From a virus, in the IMG/VR virus record IMGVR_UViG_3300045747_000653, positions 8,434 through 72,433 of that record: 64,000 nt of DNA; one strand, 5' to 3'. Made by a program: the position numbers and the translations under genes. Positions 17,470-26,488 of this stretch are shown here, one piece after another (position 1 is the stretch's first letter; each line of letters starts with the position of its first letter). The notes below the pieces were generated by a model. That model was not told the origin of the DNA. It made no database searches and saw only the letters and a program-made list of their open reading frames with translations.

Positions 17470-19062
17470 CTACGTCGCGACCCTGGCCCCGGCGTTGTCT
17501 CCGCCGCGCTTCGGCGGCCCGCCGGTCATCCCGCTCGCGCGCTGCCCGGCGTCGAAGCCGGAGGCGTCGGAGCCGCCGGATGCCCCGCCCGCGCCGATGT
17601 CCTGGGCGACGCCGCCGCCGGAGGCGTGGAGGCCGCCGGACACGACGAGCCCGGGCTGAGCCCCGGTGTCGATCGCCTCGGCGATCTCCTCCCGGATCTG
17701 GTTCAGATCCTGCTCCGGCATATCGGGCAGGAGCGCCGTGACGGCCTTCATGTACATCGCCTTGGCGAAGGTCTTGGACGGGACGTTCAGCCCCGCCGCC
17801 GTCTGCACCTCTTTGAGCACCTCGCCGGTCGAGTCGATCGAGAAGTTGTCGGCGGGCTTCACGGCCCAGGCGATCTTCTCCCCGCGCCCGGAGGAGACGA
17901 GCGACAAGATCTGCTCGCGGGCCCGCGCCTCGTACTGCGCTAACGCCGAGAGGATGACCTCGGTCGAGCTTCGGTCGTGGCGCTTGCTCTCGCCGCTGCT
18001 CTTTTGCGCCGAGCCGTCGTGCGCCTGCGCCATCTGGTGGACGACCCGGTAGAGTTCGTCCTTGAGTTCGGTGACCCGCTTCTGGAGCGCGTCGGCGAAG
18101 GTGCCCTTGGGTTCCAGGTAGAACACGTCGTCGGTCGGGTCGATGCGGATCCCGTAGCCGTTGCCGAACGTCTTGCCGTCGAGGTCGTCCGAGAGGGTCT
18201 TGAGGACGACCGTCGCGTGGGCGGCGACGTAGCACATCCAGGCGAACGAGCAGCGGGCGTTGAACATCTCGATCACCTGACTCGCGGTCTTCCCGAGCAG
18301 GTAGAGCCCGTCCGGCAGCGCCAGATCGACGAGCGGGACGGCGCCGAAGGAGTGCCGGCCCTCGCCGACAAGCTGCGCCTCGTCGTCGCCGCGGGGCTCC
18401 TGGCCCGGCTTCGTCTGCTGCCAGGACCACCGCTTCCATCCGGCGGCGGAGTAGGCGGTCCAGGTGATCACCTCCAGCCCGCGGGGCTGCTCGGGATCGA
18501 CCCGGGACGCCGAGACGGAGCGGACGATCGCCCAGCGGAGGCCGCCGTCGTCGTCCAGTTCCCAATCGACGACCGCTTCGGCCGGCAGCGGAACGAGGTA
18601 GGCGCGGCGGAGGCCGGCGTCGTCCTCGTCCCTCATGCTGGCGGGCTCGGACTCGCCGGGGCGCTCCGGCAACTCGACGAGCACCCAGCCGTGCGAGGTG
18701 ATCATCGCATCGCGGAGTCGGCCGGCCATGAACTGGTTGAGGTCCGAGCCCTGCACGTCGCAGTTCTCGGTGAAGTCCGACCAGAAGGCGTCGCGCTCCT
18801 CGGGCTCGCTCGTGACCTCGCACTCGGCGGTCTGGAAGCCGGCGACGAAGAAGTCGACGATGCCGGAGGCGTGGTTGACGTAGTGCGCGCGCTTCTTGCG
18901 GGCGTCGTACTGGCGCCCGGGCTCGCTCGCGCCCCTGTGGAGCAGCAGCGAGATCACCGGCTCGGACAGCATGGCCTTCCCGCCGGCGTAGAGCGCGCGG
19001 TGGATGAGCCACTCCTGCGCGTCGTAGCTCGGGTGGCGCTGGTCGAGGACGGAGATCTTCAT
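17470..19062 (-). CDS. Portal protein
   Basis: 530 aa upstream of MuF; RKKRAHYVNH, HSFGAVPLV, KSSGESKRHD are portal-like motifs. Confidence 0.85.
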   Translation of the reverse strand: MKISVLDQRHPSYDAQEWLIHRALYAGGKAMLSEPVISLLLHRGASEPGRQYDARKKRAHYVNHASGIVDFFVAGFQTAECEVTSEPEERDAFWSDFTENCDVQGSDLNQFMAGRLRDAMITSHGWVLVELPERPGESEPASMRDEDDAGLRRAYLVPLPAEAVVDWELDDDGGLRWAIVRSVSASRVDPEQPRGLEVITWTAYSAAGWKRWSWQQTKPGQEPRGDDEAQLVGEGRHSFGAVPLVDLALPDGLYLLGKTASQVIEMFNARCSFAWMCYVAAHATVVLKTLSDDLDGKTFGNGYGIRIDPTDDVFYLEPKGTFADALQKRVTELKDELYRVVHQMAQAHDGSAQKSSGESKRHDRSSTEVILSALAQYEARAREQILSLVSSGRGEKIAWAVKPADNFSIDSTGEVLKEVQTAAGLNVPSKTFAKAMYMKAVTALLPDMPEQDLNQIREEIAEAIDTGAQPGLVVSGGLHASGGGVAQDIGAGGASGGSDASGFDAGQRASGMTGGPPKRGGDNAGARVAT

Positions 19063-19069
19063 GGCAGTC

Positions 19070-19573
19070 CTACATCGCGCCGAGCGTGATCTTCGTGCTG
19101 CTCGCCGCCTTCGCGATGTGCGCGTTGTAGGCGGTCTTCAGGGCGTTCCCGAGGGCGATGGAGGTCGCGAGGTCGATCGCGTTCGCCGTGGCGACGGTGC
19201 CCGCGTCGTTGTTGATGTGGACGCCGGCCTGCGCGCAGTGGGCGTTGTAGGCGGTCTTGATGGCGGTGAGGAGCGTGTTCGCGGTCGCCTGATCGACGGC
19301 GGTCGCGGCGGCGACGACGTTGGTGGCGTCGGCGGCGATGTGCGCGTCGGCGAGCGCGATGTGGGCGTTGTACTCGGCCTTCAGCGCGTTCGCCATCACG
19401 AGGACGGTCGGGAGGTCCGCCGCGGTCGGCGAGGCGTCGGTCGTCGCGTTGTTGTCGAGGTGGACCAGCGACGCCCGGTTCTTGAGGTCGTTCCGGTGGG
19501 CGTTGTGCTGGGCGACGAGCGCCTGGATCACGGGGTCGAAGCTGTCGATGTTGCGAACGAGAGAGTCGGACAT
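19070..19573 (-). CDS. Ala-rich repeat protein, possible head decoration/fibre
   Basis: Three copies of A(L/I)KxxYNAH in 167 aa. Confidence 0.55.
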   Translation of the reverse strand: MSDSLVRNIDSFDPVIQALVAQHNAHRNDLKNRASLVHLDNNATTDASPTAADLPTVLVMANALKAEYNAHIALADAHIAADATNVVAAATAVDQATANTLLTAIKTAYNAHCAQAGVHINNDAGTVATANAIDLATSIALGNALKTAYNAHIAKAASSTKITLGAM

Positions 19574-19592
19574 TGTGGGCTCCTGCGGTGGG

Positions 19593-20084
19593 CTACTTCT
19601 TGCCCGGGGACGAGTCGAGCTTCTGGTTGGCGGCCAGTGCCGGCAGCCGGGGGATCGAGGGGCTGGAGTCGCCGCGGAGGTACTCGACGACGGCGATGAT
19701 GTGGTCGTTCTGGCTGCGCTGGTACTGCTGCTCGGTCTGGATCGCGGCGAAGATGCCGCGCTCCTCGTGGATGTGGTCGCGGAGGGCGGAGGCCTGCTGA
19801 GCGCCGGCCTGCTGGATCGCCTCGGCGACAGCGTTACGGGTCCGGCCGGCCGCTTCTTTCGAGTGGAGGTCGATGGCCTCTCGCGCCTCTGCCGCCGCGG
19901 TCCGCTTCACCCAGCCCTGCACCGTCAAGTACGAGACGATGACGGAGCCGGCGGCGGTTCCGATCGCGACGAGGCCGCCCAGCACCCATGCGATCTGGGA
20001 CGGGGTCGATGACATCCCCTGCGCGATCATGGCCGCGCCAGAGGTTGCCAGCGAGGCGGCGAAGATCTTTGTCGGGGCGATCAT
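19593..20084 (-). CDS. Membrane protein with coiled-coil tail (holin-like possibility)
   Basis: Hydrophobic IAWVLGGLVAIGTAAGSVIVSYL followed by a charged helix. Confidence 0.5.
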   Translation of the reverse strand: MIAPTKIFAASLATSGAAMIAQGMSSTPSQIAWVLGGLVAIGTAAGSVIVSYLTVQGWVKRTAAAEAREAIDLHSKEAAGRTRNAVAEAIQQAGAQQASALRDHIHEERGIFAAIQTEQQYQRSQNDHIIAVVEYLRGDSSPSIPRLPALAANQKLDSSPGKK

Positions 20085-20103
20085 CTGCTGCTCCGGTTCG
20101 GGA

Positions 20104-21528
20104 TCACCCGAGGATTGAGATCGAGTTCTTCAGGGCGCCAGGCCCGGGCGTTGCGAGCACGTCGAATCCGGCTGCTGCGGCGTCGATGAGGTCATCGTGT
20201 GCGTCGTGGTTGCCGGTGAACTCGGCGAGCTCGCCGACCAACACCTCGGCCCACGCGGCGCCTCGAGGGACGAGCACGCGCCCCGCGTTCCACGCCGCAG
20301 CGAGTGGCTGGGCCCTCACGAACTTGTCGCCGCGCGGGGCGAGGACCTGGAGGGCTACGCCGGGACCCTCTAGGTCGGCCTGCCGCATGAAGTCGGCCGA
20401 GCCCTTCTCGGTGCCGGCGGCGTACCAGCGCATCGTCGCGCCCGGATACCTCCGTGCCAGGGTCCGCAGGTCCTTCTTGAAGGCCGGTGCGGCGACCTGC
20501 TTACGGATGACGTCTACGACGTAGAACTTGCCGGCCTTCGCATCCTCGAGCGGACGGCCGAGCGCGTCGATCGCCGGCGGCGGGCGCCCAAGCACGATCG
20601 CGACCGAGTAGTCGGCTTGGCTCTTCGCCGTGTAGGCGAGGTCGACGCCGATCGAGTACCGGAGGCCGGACTTCGGGACGTCCTCGCAGAGCGTTGCGTC
20701 GGTGAAGACCGATCCGCCGCGGGGACGGGGCTCGCCCTGGTAGAGGGATGCGAAGATGTACTCGCCGACGTCTCGTCGCACGTCGGCGAGAAACTCCGCC
20801 GACCTACCGGAGGGCCAGAGCGCAGTGCCGTCGTCAGAGATGGCCGGCAGGTTGATGCGCCGCCAGTTGCGGCCGGCGAGTCGGCCAGACAGGTCGTCGC
20901 TATGCCACCGGGTCTGGACCACGATCACCGAGGCGCCAGGGTGAACGCGGGTCAGGGCGACCGTCTTGAACCACTCGTCCGTCCGCTCCCGCATGACGGA
21001 GCTGTTGGCATCGACGGAGTTCTTGACGGGGTCGTCTACGAGCAGAACGCCGTCGATCGGCTTGCCGGTGAGGGGACCCCCGATGCCAGCAGCGACCACG
21101 CCGCCGCCTTGGGGCGTCTGCCACCTTGTCCGGTTGCCGGTCCACTTGAGCCCGGCCCGGTCGGCGATCCGCTGGAGCTCCTCGTTCTGTTGCTCTGCGA
21201 AGGTCGCCTCATAGGTGGCGTAGCCGTGCCTCTTGGCTGGGTTCCGCCGTAGCATCCAGATCAGGGCGTGCATGCACGCCTGCGACTTGCCGTGCTGCGG
21301 CGGAGCCGAGACGGTGGCGCGAACCGGCTCCGTCTCTGCCGCCTGCAGAAGGTCGATCAAGGGCTTCAAGTGCCGGGGCGCTTGCAGCCGGGGCGACACG
21401 CGCGGGATGAAGTCGAGGAGCGACTCCGTGAGCCGCCTCAACTCAAGCAGCGCCTCCGGCCGTACCCTCGCGAGGGCCCGCGCCCGCTTGTGCGGCGGCA
21501 GCGCCGCCAGACGTGAGCGCAGGTCCAT
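20104..21528 (-). CDS. terL: Terminase large subunit
   Basis: Walker A APPQHGKS, Walker B LLVDDPVK, nuclease GVDLA...HDDLIDA. Confidence 0.95.
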   Translation of the reverse strand: MDLRSRLAALPPHKRARALARVRPEALLELRRLTESLLDFIPRVSPRLQAPRHLKPLIDLLQAAETEPVRATVSAPPQHGKSQACMHALIWMLRRNPAKRHGYATYEATFAEQQNEELQRIADRAGLKWTGNRTRWQTPQGGGVVAAGIGGPLTGKPIDGVLLVDDPVKNSVDANSSVMRERTDEWFKTVALTRVHPGASVIVVQTRWHSDDLSGRLAGRNWRRINLPAISDDGTALWPSGRSAEFLADVRRDVGEYIFASLYQGEPRPRGGSVFTDATLCEDVPKSGLRYSIGVDLAYTAKSQADYSVAIVLGRPPPAIDALGRPLEDAKAGKFYVVDVIRKQVAAPAFKKDLRTLARRYPGATMRWYAAGTEKGSADFMRQADLEGPGVALQVLAPRGDKFVRAQPLAAAWNAGRVLVPRGAAWAEVLVGELAEFTGNHDAHDDLIDAAAAGFDVLATPGPGALKNSISILG

Positions 21529-21531
21529 CGG

Positions 21532-22011
21532 TCAGTCCTTTGCGCCCTCCTCGGCCTCGATCGAGCGGAGCAACTCGGCCTGTAGAGCGCCCTGGTCGGC
21601 CGCTTGATCGCCGCCGGCTCCAGCCATCTCGAGCCGCCGCGTGTACAGCTCGCGCTGCTCGATGCGCTCCTTGCGATGCTCGGCGATGGCGCGGAGCTGC
21701 AGCTCGGGTTCGTCGGCGAGCTTCTCGAGCAGCTTGGAGAGTCGCTGCTCCATCTCCACCGACCGGGCCTCGAGGCCGGCCATGGCGTCGAGGTCGGGGG
21801 CGATCGTCCCAGCGAGCTTCTCGCGGGCTACGGCATCGGCGATCGGGCGGCGCTCCGCAGTGATCCGGGTCAGCAAGCGGAGGACTGCGGCGGGACTCGC
21901 CTTGATGCCGCGCTCGCTGGTGAGCCACGCCGCGATTTGGCGGGTGCTCAGGCCCTCGCCGGCCTTTGCCATCACCTCCGGCTCAACGTCTGGCGGGATG
22001 GCTTTGCGCAT
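21532..22011 (-). CDS. Terminase small subunit
   Basis: N-terminal HTH (GLSTRQIAAWL) plus coiled coil, directly before terL. Confidence 0.7.
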   Translation of the reverse strand: MRKAIPPDVEPEVMAKAGEGLSTRQIAAWLTSERGIKASPAAVLRLLTRITAERRPIADAVAREKLAGTIAPDLDAMAGLEARSVEMEQRLSKLLEKLADEPELQLRAIAEHRKERIEQRELYTRRLEMAGAGGDQAADQGALQAELLRSIEAEEGAKD

Positions 22012-22248
22012 GGTCGCTTCGGTCCTGCGTCAGTTCGCGTCGGTGTGCTTCGGTTCTACGCAGCCCTTGCGAGCCGAGCGGCTGCGGGCGGGAAGAGTTC
22101 GAGGATCTCGTCGCGCAGGTTGCGACGTCGAGGAGGAGAGTCGGCCACCTCGGGGGTGGACGCCGGCCGGGGCAACGCGGGGCGGCGGAGCACGCCAGCG
22201 CCGACCAGGCGGAGCACCCTGACGACTGGGGGATCTGCGCGAAGGCCC

Positions 22249-22309
22249 ATATATATAGGCGGCAAAATGGGGCGGGAAGGGCCGCGAAGGAACGGAAGGG
22301 CCGCGAAGG
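22249..22309 (-). promoter_or_regulatory. Candidate late promoter or pac region: 16-bp direct repeat pair next to ATATATATA
   Basis: GGAAGGGCCGCGAAGG at 22275-22290 and 22294-22309; AT run just before 22260; upstream of the terminase genes. Confidence 0.4.
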
Positions 22310-22348
22310 GGCGAAAATGCTACCTACACACACAAGACCATTGTCTCG

Positions 22349-22606
22349 CTAGTCCTTGGCGAACTGCTCGAGCGATACCTCCGGGCCCCATCGTGCTCGG
22401 AGCGCAGCCACGACCTCCGGCCAGTGCTGTTCGAGCTCCCACAGCCACAAGGTCTCGGTCGCCTGCCCTGGACGCCTGATCCCCTGCCGCACCAACATAC
22501 GCCGCAGCATCTTGCGGCTCACCCTCACGGGGGCGCCTGGCGGTACGCCATGGTTCAGCAGCCGCAGCAGTCCGCGCACCGACATCATCCTCGGCAGCTC
22601 ACCCAC
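22349..22606 (-). CDS. Small basic putative DNA-binding protein
   Basis: 85 aa, Arg-rich, coupled to the upstream ORF. Confidence 0.5.
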   Translation of the reverse strand: MGELPRMMSVRGLLRLLNHGVPPGAPVRVSRKMLRRMLVRQGIRRPGQATETLWLWELEQHWPEVVAALRARWGPEVSLEQFAKD

Positions 22607-23276
22607 GTCGCACCCCCACTCGCGCCGCGCGCCAGGCCCGAGAGGCGGCAGCCACGATCGCCCCGGCCTCCCGTGAGATCTCCGCCACGGCCCGCGCGTC
22701 GGCCTGCTTGCGCTTCCGGCTGCTCACCCGCGCCGATAGGCGCACGAGCCACGCCGCGGCCGGATCCTCGGCGAGACGCGCCACGCTCGCCATGCGGTCC
22801 ATTCCTCGAGCCACGATCCCGGACAGCCGCGCTCCGTGCTCACCCGGCTCGTCGAACGCCACGAGCGCCCGCACAGGAGGCTCCACGTAGACCGCCTGGA
22901 GCACCTGGACAGCGCCGGGCGTCCGTCGATGGGCCTCTCGGACGATGCGCTCAACGAAGGCGAGCTGCCGGACCACGGCGAGGTGCCGGTCGTCGATCTC
23001 GTAGCCTGACCCCTCGTGCGACGGCGCTCCCACGAAGATCGGCCCGCAACGGAGCCCCACATCCTCCGTCCAGCCCCCGGTCGTGCTCGTCTTGATCCAG
23101 GCCGCCTCCCCTCGCCCGATCGGCTCGAACATACTCCCCGCTACGATCCCAGCATGGGGGCTCCGGACCCCGACCAACCCGCGCGCCTCCGAGAAGAGCA
23201 GGCGGATCGAGTCGATCTCGGAGCCGGAGAGGCGGTCATCCGATAGCGCTTCGAAAGCTGTTCTGGCTTGCGACAT
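22599..23276 (-). CDS. Hypothetical protein, possible late-gene activator/antiterminator
   Basis: Occupies the Q-like position between replication and packaging genes; function inferred from position only. Confidence 0.45.
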   Translation of the reverse strand: MSQARTAFEALSDDRLSGSEIDSIRLLFSEARGLVGVRSPHAGIVAGSMFEPIGRGEAAWIKTSTTGGWTEDVGLRCGPIFVGAPSHEGSGYEIDDRHLAVVRQLAFVERIVREAHRRTPGAVQVLQAVYVEPPVRALVAFDEPGEHGARLSGIVARGMDRMASVARLAEDPAAAWLVRLSARVSSRKRKQADARAVAEISREAGAIVAAASRAWRAARVGVRRG

Positions 23277-23305
23277 TGGTCTTATCTTTCTTGGGTGTTA
23301 TCCAT

Positions 23306-23437
23306 GCTGACTCTGCGGACTTTGCTGATTCTCGTGCAACCCTTCCTGGGAGAATTGGCGTTTTGCCATAATTTTTGACGAGTCCGATTCTTCCCAGCCT
23401 CGGGGTAGACAGAGTCAGCAGACTCTGCAGAGTCTGC
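23306..23437. repeat. Two inverted arrays of three 9-bp repeats around an AT-rich core (candidate replication origin)
   Basis: GCTGACTCT/GCGGACTTT/GCTGATTCT at 23306-23332; AGAGTCAGC/AGACTCTGC/AGAGTCTGC at 23411-23437; perfect 20-bp palindrome 23418-23437. Confidence 0.55.
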
Positions 23438-23444
23438 GGGTGTT

Positions 23445-26048
23445 TCACTTACTTGATGTACTCCTAACGGCCCACACCGCGAACCCCATTCTGTTGGTTC
23501 TCATGCTCAGGAACTCGCCACCCAAAACACGATCTCTGAAGTGTTTAAGCCTATTTCCAACGACTCTGATCGTCGGAGTCTTGCCGCCGCAGAGGTTCTC
23601 AAGTGCGTCTTTGAGGACGCTCAGTTCGTGCGGAGCTCCCTCGACGCGCCGAAGGGCGTCGCGGACCGTCAGACCATCGCCAAAGACGTCGAGCTGCTTC
23701 CAGCCGGCGATCAGCTGGTCAAGAAGTTCGGACTCCGTGTCGGCCGCGCTGGCCAACTCCTCTCGGGTTAACCCTGGGTCGGGCTGACCGGCCCAGACGA
23801 TCGCGTGACGGATGAGGCGTGACCAGCCGCTAAATGAGCCCCAGTCCTTGAGATTCTGGTCAGGACGACCGGCGGCGCAGTACGCGCGCAAGGCGGTGAG
23901 CGCGGCGCGCACGAGGCGGGGACGGTTCTCGCGTGCCCAGGCGAGCACGTCGGGGTGCCGGAAGCCGCTCCGCTCCTCCGGCCGCTCGAGCTCGGTCGCC
24001 AGGCGGACATGGAGGGTGCGCCGGGTGGTGTCGCCGTCGAGCTGGACGTTGTTGCCGGTGGCGAGCCAGATCGTGGAGATCGGGATCTTGGGAACCTCGT
24101 TGGTGCCCAGCATTCGGTCCTGCACGACCTCGGAGGTGAGGACGTTGTTCAGGATTTGGTTCCCGAGCTTCCCCTCAACGTTGTCGATCAGCACGAGAGG
24201 ATCACCGGCGAGAGCGATGGACATGACGCGCTTGGCCATCTCGGGCTCGTCGTTCGTGTTGCTCATCCGCGCCATCGGGCGACCACAGAAGATCGTCGAG
24301 ACGATGTCGGCGAGGAGCGACTTGCCGGCGCCGCGGCTGTTGGCGTCGATGAGCGTCAGAACGGCAGGGCCGGCGAAGGCGTGGCGAGCGAAGGGGGTCA
24401 GCATCACGGCGAGCCAGGCAGACCGATGCTCGGGCTTCTCGAATGGGAAGTCGCAGACGACCTCGAGCAGCTCCTCCACGGCTGCTTTCGCGGCGTCGAT
24501 GGTGGGATGCTCGGGCACGGCCGGGAAGTCGGCGTTGGGCTCGTAGATCAACTCGGTCGCCGCGTCGTATCCGGCCCGATCGAGCACGCTGCCATCCGGG
24601 CGGAGGACGGGAGATTCGACGACGCCGGCGATCGGCCGAACCGAGAGCCACGTGCCGCGTGCGTGGATGGCGCTCGGAGCCCACTCCGGCGGGTGCGCCG
24701 GCATCCAGGCGTGCTCGCCTTTCGACCACTTCTTCCAGACCGCCACCGCAGTCAGGCGCTCGCGCAGCACCGGGATGGCCAGAGCCTTGATCCGCGGCGT
24801 GGCAGGCGGCCGATTGAGCCCAGTCGGATCTGACTTGTCCGGAGAGCGGATGACCTGCACGAGGAGGTTCGCTCGCTGATAGACGTTCTGGTCCCTCGCG
24901 AGCGCCTCGACCGCCTGGTCATTCACCAAGTGTTCCTTGGTCGTGATCTTGATCTCGGGGAGGTCGTCGGTTGGCTGGCCGGGCTCGCCCGGGTTCAGTT
25001 GGAGGATCTCGGCGCCGGGCCCCTCGTCGTCGTCATCTGCTCCAGGCTCGCGCGGCAGCTCGGCGGGCCCCGACAGGACTGCCGCGGCGAAGGCCTCCGG
25101 CCCCACTTCTAGCCGCCAGTCGGCGGGGTCCTTGTGCGGCGCCGGGGTGGTGAGCCGCAACACGATGGCGCCCGCCGCGCGGAGCTTGCCGGCGAGCCGG
25201 GAGAAGGCGGTCTGGGACTGGCTACCCTTTTTGCCCGGCGCCGGAGCGGGATCATTCTGCGGGCAGAGGACGACCTCGCGACCCTTCGCGTTGCCGAGGA
25301 AGGCCGCCAGCCGCTTGAGTTGGTCGCAACCTGGCGCGCCGACGACTGCCACGCCGGCGAGCTGCAGCGCCAGGGTGTCGGCGATGCCCTCGGCCAAGTA
25401 GACGCGCGGGTCGGTACGGGCTCGCCCGACGTCGCCCATCGCGACACCGTCGCGCGGGTATGTGACGCCGGCCAGGCTCCGCTTCGCGTCCTTGCCCGGC
25501 ACTCCGGCGACCACGGAGCGCAACTGCAGGGAGACGATCGCTCCTTGGGTATCGAAGAGCGGCAGCGCGAGCCTGTATCCATCCCGGGCCCGATGGCAGA
25601 GCCACTTGGAGGACGAGGCGCCGGTGTTGAACCGCACCGGCGCCCCCGCGAGCCCGCGAGACACAAGGTAGGCCTCTCCGGCGACATCGCGGGTCGACAG
25701 CTCGCGCCAGAGTGCTGCGGCATCGGGGGCGTCGCGTGGCGGTCCGGGCGGGCGCAGCGGGACAACGTTCGCGTTGCAGATCTGCTCGAGCTCCCGCAGC
25801 GCACCAGGGACGTCGAGCCGCCGCACGTGCATGATCAGGTCGACGACAGAGCCGCCAGCACAGCAGCGGTGGCAGTTCCAGACCGCTCCACCGTCGTTGT
25901 CGGACACCGACGCCGAGTCGCCTGCCTCCGAGCAGCGGGCCGGGCAGGCGAACCGTCGCGCCCGGGAGGAGGCGAGCCCTTCGGACTTGGCGAACTCGAT
26001 CAGCCGCTCGGCGGACCAGTTGCGCTTTAGATCGCTCATCGGGCGCAC
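23445..26048 (-). CDS. Primase-helicase (Zn finger + TOPRIM + P-loop ATPase)
   Basis: CPARC...WNCHRC zinc finger, YLAEGIADTLAL TOPRIM, RGAGKS Walker A, LIDNVEG Walker B. Confidence 0.9.
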   Translation of the reverse strand: MRPMSDLKRNWSAERLIEFAKSEGLASSRARRFACPARCSEAGDSASVSDNDGGAVWNCHRCCAGGSVVDLIMHVRRLDVPGALRELEQICNANVVPLRPPGPPRDAPDAAALWRELSTRDVAGEAYLVSRGLAGAPVRFNTGASSSKWLCHRARDGYRLALPLFDTQGAIVSLQLRSVVAGVPGKDAKRSLAGVTYPRDGVAMGDVGRARTDPRVYLAEGIADTLALQLAGVAVVGAPGCDQLKRLAAFLGNAKGREVVLCPQNDPAPAPGKKGSQSQTAFSRLAGKLRAAGAIVLRLTTPAPHKDPADWRLEVGPEAFAAAVLSGPAELPREPGADDDDEGPGAEILQLNPGEPGQPTDDLPEIKITTKEHLVNDQAVEALARDQNVYQRANLLVQVIRSPDKSDPTGLNRPPATPRIKALAIPVLRERLTAVAVWKKWSKGEHAWMPAHPPEWAPSAIHARGTWLSVRPIAGVVESPVLRPDGSVLDRAGYDAATELIYEPNADFPAVPEHPTIDAAKAAVEELLEVVCDFPFEKPEHRSAWLAVMLTPFARHAFAGPAVLTLIDANSRGAGKSLLADIVSTIFCGRPMARMSNTNDEPEMAKRVMSIALAGDPLVLIDNVEGKLGNQILNNVLTSEVVQDRMLGTNEVPKIPISTIWLATGNNVQLDGDTTRRTLHVRLATELERPEERSGFRHPDVLAWARENRPRLVRAALTALRAYCAAGRPDQNLKDWGSFSGWSRLIRHAIVWAGQPDPGLTREELASAADTESELLDQLIAGWKQLDVFGDGLTVRDALRRVEGAPHELSVLKDALENLCGGKTPTIRVVGNRLKHFRDRVLGGEFLSMRTNRMGFAVWAVRSTSSK

Positions 26049-26488
26049 CTGGCCTCCTCTGCGCCGGGCGGCACCTTGGCCCGCTCGAGCAGCCGCACGG
26101 CATCGGCCACGCTGCGCGCGACGCCAGCGACCCCACCCATCCGGTTGATCATGGCGAGGAACGACCGCTGTTCCTTGCTCGGCTGCCCGCTGCCGGTCTT
26201 CGCCTCGATCTCGAGTCGGCGGCCGAACGGCAGGACGATGCCGCTGATGTCCGCCGAGCCTTTGAGGCCGAATCTCAGGACGCGCGCCGGGTTGTGGAGC
26301 GGCCGCGCGGCTCCGACGCTGTTGCGCCAGATCCTGGCGTCGGGGAGCGCGCCGAGGGCAAGCAGGATGTCGTGCACGAGCTCGCTGTGGGCGTCTGAGT
26401 TGGAGCCTGAGCGGGAGTCGTTGCCGACGACGCCAAAGTCGCCGCTCACGCTCGATGTAGCGCCGCTCAAGCCAGAATTGCCGGTCAC
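26036..26488 (-). CDS. VRR-NUC nuclease
   Basis: GSADISGI...LEIEAKTGSGQPSKEQRSFL; GTG start overlaps the helicase stop. Confidence 0.85.
   Translation of the reverse strand: MTGNSGLSGATSSVSGDFGVVGNDSRSGSNSDAHSELVHDILLALGALPDARIWRNSVGAARPLHNPARVLRFGLKGSADISGIVLPFGRRLEIEAKTGSGQPSKEQRSFLAMINRMGGVAGVARSVADAVRLLERAKVPPGAEEARCAR

Noticed and set aside
1-22011. Tailocin, eCIS or T6SS rather than a phage
   Set aside because: Capsid, scaffold, portal and terminase are in the same operon
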